From NCBI GenBank assembly GCA_004431415.1, contig QPMI01000395.1:1-64000 (forward strand): a DNA stretch of 64,000 bases, given 5' to 3'. The notes beneath the pieces were generated by a model that was not told the DNA's origin, ran no database searches, and saw only the letters and a list, made by a program, of their open reading frames with translations. Positions 56,420 through 64,000 of the stretch are shown here, piece after piece. This stretch comes from Cyanophora paradoxa CCMP329 (Eukaryota; Plantae; Glaucophyta). Each line of letters starts with the position of its first letter. Position 1 is the first letter of the stretch. Position numbers and translations under genes: made by a program.

Positions 56420-57404
56420 ATTCACGCCGATGGGCACGGGCGGCCCGTTTGCCGAATGGGGCCCGTGGGAGACTCAGAGAACGGCGGGGACAGGGGCCGG
56501 CAGGCGCGCAGGGGAGGGGCAGCCCGTGTGCGGACGAGATAGAGGGCCGAGCGAGGGCCGAGGGGCCGGCGAGGGCCCCCTAGGCGGCCCGGCCCCGCTC
56601 CGGACCGCGGCCATACCCCCTCCAGGCCGCTTCCCGTCCCTCCGTGACCCATGGCCATGGTCGCCGAATCGAGTGAGGGCGACGCTAACCACCGAGTCGC
56701 CCATGGTCATTGCCGTCCCGCTCATGGTCAGCTGCGCGGCCCGCGTGGCCGCCTTGAGCTCCTGCGCCGGGCGCCCTCAGCCGAGGCAGGGCGGGGCAGG
56801 CGCGGGGCGGGGGCGGGGGGGCGGGCTCGCGCGCGTCCTCGAGGAACTCGACGTAGCAGGAGCCGCGGCCCTGGTTGCTGTGCCCCGCCGGGATCCGCAC
56901 CTCCTTCACCTTACAAATGGATTCGCACACAACGAGACAAATGGCTAGAGATACAACTGAGGTGTCCATGGCCATCTGTGTCGAGTCGAGAGATGACCCT
57001 GCGGGACTAAGCCTTTCGGACATCGGACCGGGCGGAGCTCGACCTCCTTCACCTGCGCCCCGATCGCGACCCCTCGTCGGCGGCGCGCATATGCATCTCA
57101 CGCCGGGGGCGGGGGCGGGGCGGGGCGGACCTGGCCGCACTTGACGAAGAACGCCTCCGACGGTCCCTTTCTCCACGTTCCGCGGCAGGTTCTTCACGAA
57201 CACCGCCTCCTCCTCCCGCGCCCGCTTCTTGCAGCTGCCGCCCTCCTCCCCGTCGCCCCCGAAGCCCAGCCCCGCCTTCCGCTGCCCTCCGCCACCGCCG
57301 TCGCCCCACCCGCCATGCTCGCCGCTGCCGCGCTCGGATCGGCCGCCGGGCCCAAACGAGTACAGCGCAGGCCTGGAGGGTACCCCGGCCTCGCTGCCTA
57401 GCAT
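56420..57404 (-). CDS. RRM-domain protein (multi-exon, interrupted by an insertion; may be a pseudogene)
   Basis: RNP2-like AVFVKNLP, VKEVRIP and RNP1-like GRGSCYVEF; boundaries uncertain. Confidence 0.55.
56912..57041 (-). mobile_element. 130-bp 3'-end fragment of a LINE related to 42270-46734
   Basis: 13-bp TSD ACCTCCTTCACCT (56899-56911 and 57042-57054); the minus strand aligns with 46595-46734 (TCATCT.TCGACT.GACAC, GGAC.CCTCAGTT.TATC..TAGCC, TTGTCTCG.TGTGTGCGAAT). Confidence 0.85.
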
Positions 57405-57945
57405 CAGTACCCCCGCCGTCCCTTAGGCTCTCCGCGTGGTCCATTCGGCACTGGGCGGGTACAGGCCATTGCGTCGACTCAAATAAATGGGGGGGTGGGG
57501 GTGGGGGGCACCGGTGGGGGGTACCGGTGGTCACGGGGGGAGGGGGGTGGGGGGGGGGTGGGGGGGGAGGGAGCGTCTAGGCTGAACGGCAGGGCCGACC
57601 CGGCGATCTCAATTCCTGCAAAGGGCGACCCGGCAGGGCGGAAATGCACCCGTCCTGCAAAGCGCGCGTCCTGCAAAGGTCTCCAGGGGGAGGGTACCGA
57701 TGTGCGGGGGGGGGAGGGGGGGGGGGGAATGGAATCTAACTGTGGGCCATCCGGATCCTTGCTTGAATGAATGGATCTGTTTGTACACTTCTAAGCGACC
57801 TAATCCTGTCAGGGTGGCCCGCGCGGCGCCGGGGGGGCGCTGGCCGGCGACGCGGGGGCGGAGCTGGGGAGAGGGACAGGAGAGAGCCGAAAGGAGGAGA
57901 AAGAGGAGAGGGAGAGCAGGGTGGGGGAGAGGCGCCCCGGGGGGG

Positions 57946-59820
57946 CTACATGAACATCTCCTGGAAGGGTACGACGTTCGGGTTGCGGGGGGCCACCCGG
58001 TCGTTGTCTGAGAGCGACTAAGTAGGAGTCGAAGAGAGGGGGGGGGGGGGGCGAGCGGGGAGGGGTACCGGCGGACGCAGAGAAGACGTTCCACGTCCGC
58101 GAGAGGTGCTCGTCGATCTCGAGCACCGACGCGAGGTTCCCGCACCTGCGTACCCCCACCGGGCCATCAGGGGGGTACGCGAGACAGGAATGCGCGGGGG
58201 GGCTGTGAAGCGCCGCACCGGTAGCAGTAGTTGGGGGCGGACCAGACCGTCGAGAGGGATCCGTCGAAGAGGACCTGGTACCCCTCCATGCAGAGCTGGT
58301 GCGCCCGCAGCACGTGCTCCACCTGCACGCCGGGGTTACGGCGTCACGGGCGGGCGGGGCGCTCCGAAAGGGGCCCGCACGGAGTTGATGCGGAGGAACT
58401 GGGCCACGACGTCGCGCCCGAAGGTGTACCCCGCCCCCCTGCGACCCCCGCCTCGGCCGCCGCGCTCGAGGGTGGGCGGGGAGGGCGGGAGGGAGGTACG
58501 CGGCACCTCGCGGAGATGTTGAACCCCGGCCGCTCGAGGTCGGGGTCGGACCACATCAAGTCCGCCAGGGGCCCGTCGTGCGGCACCTCCTGCGAGCCGA
58601 TTGAGTCGGGGGTACGGGGAACGAGCGAGGGGGGTACGCCGTGGTCAGGAGAACGCTCGCCTGGAAGCGCTCGAGGACGCGGATGGCGTCGATGCACTGG
58701 AGGGAGGGGGAGAGGCCGCCGTGGACGCAGAAGACGCGCGAGTCGATGAGCGCCGCGATGGGCAGGTAGTCGAACATCTCCGTGAACATGCGCCACACCC
58801 GCGCGTTCCCGTACTTCATCATGCACTGAACCCCGGCCAGTCGTCGCTCAGCGCGGCGCGGCGCGGGGGCCGGGGCGCCGGGAGGGGCGGGGCAGGGCGG
58901 GGGCGGGCGGTGGCGGGGTACCTCGTCGAAGAAACCGTAGACCTGCGGTCGGGGCGGAGGAAATGTGAGCGGGGGCCGGCCGGGGAAGGGCGAGGAGGGT
59001 GCGGGGCACCTGCGTGATCTGCCTGGACTCGTGGTTGCCTCGCAATAGCGTGATCCGCCGGGGGTACCGCACTTTCAGGCACGTGAGCAGCGAGATGGTC
59101 TCGCAGGAGAACATCCCCCGATCCACGTAGTCCCTGCGGGGCGGGCCTGAGCGGCGCGGGGCGGCGCGGGCTTCCCGGGCGGGCGCGGGCACCCGAGGAA
59201 GATGAAGTTGGTGTTAGGGCTGTTGCCGGCGACGCGGAAGAGCCTGCGCGCGGATCCTTGAGCAAAGCTAAGCTATCTGGGCCGCCTGGGACCGCCTCAC
59301 TCGTTCAGATCGAAGTATTGCCTGCGCGCGGCCAGGCGTCAGCCGGGAGCCGCGCAGCTCGCGAAGGGGTGAGGCGGGCGCCCGAGGGCGAGAGTCGAGC
59401 GCTTGCCCGGCCTCTCTCTGCCGGTGCGAGACGGCACGGCTCACCCGTGGATGTCCCCGCAGACCGTCACGGGGGACGGCACGTAGTGCACGTTGGCTTC
59501 CTCGATGAGGATCTCCTTCGCCTTCTCTGCGCGCCGTTCGCAATCCGAACATCAGAAGAGCCGCTTGGCCCAGCTTGCGGGCGCCGAGCGCGCTGCGGAC
59601 CGGTGATGAACTGGACTTCGGCCTCAGTGAGCGGCGTGGGCCGAACGGCGATGTTCGGGTTCTCACGGGCGATCTGGAACACCTTCTTAAGCTTGTCTAT
59701 GCACTGATCTACATCTAGCACCGATCCGGCCGTAGAGCTGCCTCCTGGCTGTGCGGCGGGCGGTGGACTGGGCGCAGGAGGAGGCGGGCCCGCTCCGGGC
59801 CCTGGCGAGAGGCTGGACAT
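57946..59820 (-). CDS. PP2A-family Ser/Thr protein phosphatase catalytic subunit (Ppg1/PP4/PP6-like), multi-exon
   Basis: [55 protein letters not shown] and [12 protein letters not shown] across short introns. Confidence 0.92.
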
Positions 59821-60339
59821 CGGGATCCCGGCCCGCTGACCCCGCTTGCTGCTCGCGCGATTGCCTTGTACCCGTCTAGAACACCGTACCCCCGGACGCC
59901 AATCTCGGAACAAGCAGACTGCAGGATTTCCACGCACAGGAGAGCGCAGCATGGTCGCGACATACCTCTCGAGGCCTATGGGGCCTAGGCCACCACAGAT
60001 TATCGCCCCAAGAGGTGCGCGCCCGAGACCAGCAGATGGCCACCTGCTAGCCCCAGTCCTCGTCCAGACGATAGCTGTACTCTCGCAACAGCGACCAGAG
60101 CCATTAGAAGCTGGCGCCGCCGCCTCCAGCTGCTGCTGCGCACTCCCCGGCACTTCCACGTCGCCGAACTGACCCGCTGCCCCCGCTTCTGCACGCGCAG
60201 ATTACAACAGGAGCGCACTAATAGGAAACTGGTATGAAGAAAGGTGCGGCGGGTGATGCGGCGCCCTTCAGCGCCGTGCACCACGCGTGGCCTCGGGGCC
60301 GACCGGGCGCGGGGCGGCAGGTTCGAGCCGGTGGACGGC

Positions 60340-61603
60340 ATGGCGGCGGCTGCGAAGGCGGTAGAGGAGGAGAAGCTGGCGGCGACGCTGCCGCCGGCGG
60401 AGTCCATCGCGCGGGGCTCTGGCTTCCGCGCCATCAGCGCCAAGAACATGCAGGTCTTCGACAGCAAGCGCACCATCCCCGACGACGGATTCGTGCGCCC
60501 TTGCCGAGCTCAGCTCAGCTGACGCTTAACTGACGGGCCGCCTCCGCCGCCGCCGCGCAGCGCGTGCACCAGACGCTGAACCAGACGACGTACACGGACC
60601 AGACGCGGCCGATGCCGGGGCGGCAGTTCGGCAGCTACGACGCCGGCGGCCCGCAGCCGGCGCCGTACCCGGACACGCCGTTCGGCCCGGACGACACGGG
60701 CGGCCCGGCGCGGAAGCAGAAGCCGCGGAACCGGATCGTGACGCTGGGCAACTACAGGCGGATCTTCTCGGAGCGGCCCGACCTGGGCGCCGTCCGCGGC
60801 CTCGACGAGATCCTGCCGCACCACCCGCCCGACTACGACACCCGCCACATGGAGACCACGCAGGTCCGCCCGCCCCCGCCCCCGCCCCCGGCCCCGCCTG
60901 ACGGGCGCGCGTTCCTTTCGCCCGCCCGCAGCGGTACTTCCAGCAGACGGGCCTGAAGGGCGTGCCCTACAACGAGTCGTTCGGCTACGGCACGCCGGTG
61001 CCGGGGCAACACGCGACGTACACGTTCCCGAACGCGCCGGAGGGCCTCAACCAGGCGCCGCCCTCGTTCGGGCGGGACGTCGGCTGCGGCGAGAGCAACT
61101 ACACGGTGCTCCCCGGGGGCAAGAAGGTGGCCCTCATGAGCGCGGCCACTCTGAACCCGGCGCGCCACACGCACTTCCACCGCTTCGCGCGGGACCAGAA
61201 CCCCCTCCGCGGCACCACCGACGTCGGCGGCGCCACCCTCGGCAAGGTCGGCGAGCTTCCCCCCCCCCCCCCCCCCCCCCCTTCTCCAGCCCCTAACTCT
61301 TCGCAGGGTACGGAGATGCTGCACCCGCAGCCTCGGAGCTACACCGTCTCCCGTGTGCACAAGGAGGAGTCGAACAAGGGCGGCTCGCGCGTCTGGAGCG
61401 ACTACACGCCCAAGGACAAGCCCTGGATCGCGCCGGACCCCTTCGGCGTGGTCGACGGGCCCTACTCCGCCTACGGCCACTCCGCCCGCGCCTCGGCCCG
61501 CTTCGGCCCCGCCTCGGCCTCGGCGGCGCAGGCCCCGGCCGCGGCGCCCGAGCCTCAGGGCGAGGAGGCGGCGGCGGCCGAGCAGCAGCAGCAGCAGCAG
61601 TAG
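60340..61603 (+). CDS. Hypothetical protein, possibly a ciliary microtubule inner protein (CFAP95-like)
   Basis: Codon-like GC3-rich exons separated by short GT-AG introns; the ILPHHPPDYDTRHMETT motif is reminiscent of C9orf135/CFAP95. The family call is tentative. Confidence 0.5.
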
Positions 61604-61976
61604 CCTTTCAGCTAGGCAGCCCTCCCTATAGGTACTTCGATCGATAGCCCCTCCGGGCGTTCTGCTGGAGCGCGGGGCCGTGTAAATGATACGAGGCCCT
61701 GCTTCTTTTACAGGCCCTGCTGGCGAGCGACTGGCCCGAGAGCGGGAGCGACGTCGACCGGTACCCTTCAGACGCGCACGCGTACCCCGGCGTGGCTTGT
61801 CTCCATACCCCATACCCCTCCCCTTGCTCCCCCAAGACGACACGCACCCACCGCCACCACCGCCGGCGCCAGCCCTTCGACTCCCCCGCCCGCTCGCTGA
61901 TACGAGAGAAGGAGAGAGCAGGGCCGTGAATCGAGAGAACAAAAGAAAAGGGTAAGGGAGATCGCCGCGGGCCACG

Positions 61977-64000
61977 CTACAGACACTCTAGCCGGCCGGC
62001 TATAGCTAAGAGGAGGGGTACTCCTCCACGATGCGGGCCGAGGGGAGGGTGCGGGCCACCAGCAGGCTCGTGTTCTTGTTCATCGCGGCCCTGAACTGGG
62101 CGTCCCACAGGGGCGCCCTGATATGGACCTGCGGCGAGTCTAATCAGACTAGTTCGGATGGCTGAGCTTAGATTATTAAGCTTTTCATTAGCCGGGCGGA
62201 CCTCGAGCTGGCCGGCGGGGCAGCCGGCGAAGGCGGCGAGCCCCTCCAGCAGCCCGCCTCCGGTGATGGCCTCTTGGCCGGCGAAGACCCGGAGGGCGAG
62301 GCGGCGGGGCGGGGCGGCCGCCAGCGCCGCCGCGGCCGCCGCGGCCCAGGCCTTATCCGGGTACACCTCCATGGTGAGGTGGAGCCGCCCTTGGGCGAAG
62401 CGCGCCAGCCGCCTCAGCCCCTCGAGCGCCGCCGGCGTCATCTTCGAGTCTGCCGTGCGGGTCAGAGGAGCAAGCAGGCAAGCGGGAGGGGGCGCGGCGC
62501 GGCGAGCCGGGCCAAGCCAAGCCAAGCCGAGCCGAGCCTAGGCGAGGCGAGGCGAGGCGAGGCCATCGACTAGAAGTTCGGGATCGACGAAAAGTTCGGG
62601 ATCGAAGAAAGATATCGGGGAGGGGCGGGGCGGGGCGGGGCGCACCCAGCGCGAGCTCGACGTTCCTTAGGGACATCGAGAGCCCGACGGGGTCCGCGAG
62701 GTTCGGGATCGACCAAAAGTTCGGGATCGAAGAAAGGCGCACCGGAGGGACATCGAGAGCCCGACGGGGCCCGCGAGGCCCCGCAGGAAGACGGCGAGCG
62801 CGTCGCCCTCGTGGCAGGCGCGCAGCTCCCCGAGGGTCCGGAGGGCGCGGCAGGCCGCCAGCGCGGCCAGGTCGGTAGGCTCCACCTCGGGGTACACCTG
62901 CAGGGGGGGAGGAGGCCGGGGTAAGAGGTTCCTTCGGGCCGAGTGCGGGGACGGGGGGGCGGGCTCACGCCGAGGGGGCCGCGGAGGGTCTCGAGGGCGG
63001 CGAGGCGAGGGAGGGCCTGAAAAGCCTCGGGAGAGAGCTCGAACTCGCCCCTCGGCGCCCCGCCCTCCGCGAAGCCCAGCACGACCCTGCGCCCCCTGCG
63101 CTCGGCCGGGCGGGCGGGCGGGCGGGCGGAGGGGTACGCGCACTCTTTGACGGAGCGGGCGGCGGGGCCGGAGGCGAGGCCCTCGAGGAGGGGCCCGGCG
63201 TCGCCCCCGTCCTCGACGACCTTCGCCGTGAGGTGCTCGAGGGCTGGGAAAGCCCCGGCCCCGGAGGCCACCTCGTAGAGGTCCTCGCAGCAGACCTCCA
63301 GCTGCGCCCCGGCCCGCTGAGCCGAAGCCTGCAGCGGCAGCGAAGGGCGGGGGGGCGGACCCGCTTGAGGCGCGGGAGGCACAGGGCGAGCGCGTCGGCG
63401 GCGGGCCGGTCTGCGGGGCGGCAGAGGACGTCCAGGGAGAGGCTCTCGAGGTTCGGGAAGAGCACGGGGCGCGGGAGCTGCCCGATCCCGAGGGCGACCT
63501 CGTGGTCCTCGTAGTCCCCGCCGCCGCGCCGGAGCGCGAGGCTGCGGAGCGCGGGGCGGGCGGCGGCGCCCGGCGGCGCGAGGGCGCAGAGCAGGTCGCC
63601 GAGGTTGGCGCCCGCGCCCGCGCCCGCGGCCGATGAGCTGGGGCATGCGACGTCCGCCTCGCCCAGGCCGCCGCCGCCGCCGCCGCCGCTCGCCGCCGCG
63701 ACCGCCGAGACGAGCGAGAGCGTAGCCCGCCAGTCCCCGCCGCCACCACGCGCAGCGACGCGCCGGGGGCGACGCGGATCCACCGCCGGCCGCGGCCCGC
63801 GCCCGCGCCCGCTGCCGGATCGTCCACGGGCTCCTGGCCTCCGGCGCCAACCAGCTGGCCCGCGAACACGGCCGCGCTCGCTCGCTCGTCTGCGACGACG
63901 TCCAGCCGGCGCCAGAGCACCGCCCCCGCGGCGGCGCGCCAGCGGCGGGAGACCGCGCGGGCGATGGCGGCGCCCCGCAAGCCCAGGCGCTCGAGGATGT
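61977..64000 (-). CDS. F-box protein with degenerate LRR-like region (5' end outside the window, multi-exon)
   Basis: The window edge reads ILERLGLRGAAIARAVSRRWRAAA..V.WRRLDV (C-terminal half of an F-box), followed by LRSLAL, FPNLESLSL and FPALEHL repeats. Confidence 0.7.

Noticed and set aside
56170-64000. Numerous long overlapping Arg/Pro/Gly/Ala-rich ORFs on both strands
   Set aside because: They are expected by-products of very high GC content and unspliced introns; only frames with recognisable motifs were kept.

Overview
The window has three parts. (1) 1-~37,490 is AT-rich and intron-free. It holds two related, syntenic endogenous Polinton-like viruses (PLV; double-jelly-roll capsid): element A (1-23,987, left part outside the window) and element B (23,988-37,491). 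Each encodes a Polinton-type family B DNA polymerase, a primase-helicase, small basic AT-hook proteins, an A32-like packaging ATPase, a major capsid protein and two divergently transcribed minor capsid (penton) proteins. No integrase or adenain protease is visible. Element A also carries about 11 kb of cargo: a patatin-discoidin fusion, five fibre/receptor-binding genes, a phage-type fibre partner, a zinc-ribbon protein and a SAM decarboxylase. Element A ends inside the polymerase gene of element B. Four features stand out: both elements end in a 28-bp perfect fold-back stem with GNA-triloop mini-hairpins in the loop (different sequence, same structure); both polymerases appear to have lost proofreading; the two elements have non-orthologous primase-helicases; and each has its own inverted-repeat origin-like motif, found both downstream of the helicase and near the terminus. 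(2) ~37.5-49.7 kb is host intergenic DNA with nested MITEs/foldback repeats and a 5'-truncated RNase H-encoding LINE with a 17-bp TSD. (3) ~49.9-64 kb holds GC-rich, intron-rich eukaryotic host genes: an ankyrin-TRP channel, an RRM protein interrupted by a 130-bp LINE 3' end, a PP2A-family phosphatase, a probable ciliary protein and an F-box protein. The host looks like a GC-rich, probably flagellated protist or alga, but cannot be identified from sequence alone. All homology calls come from motif recognition by eye; no database searches were run.
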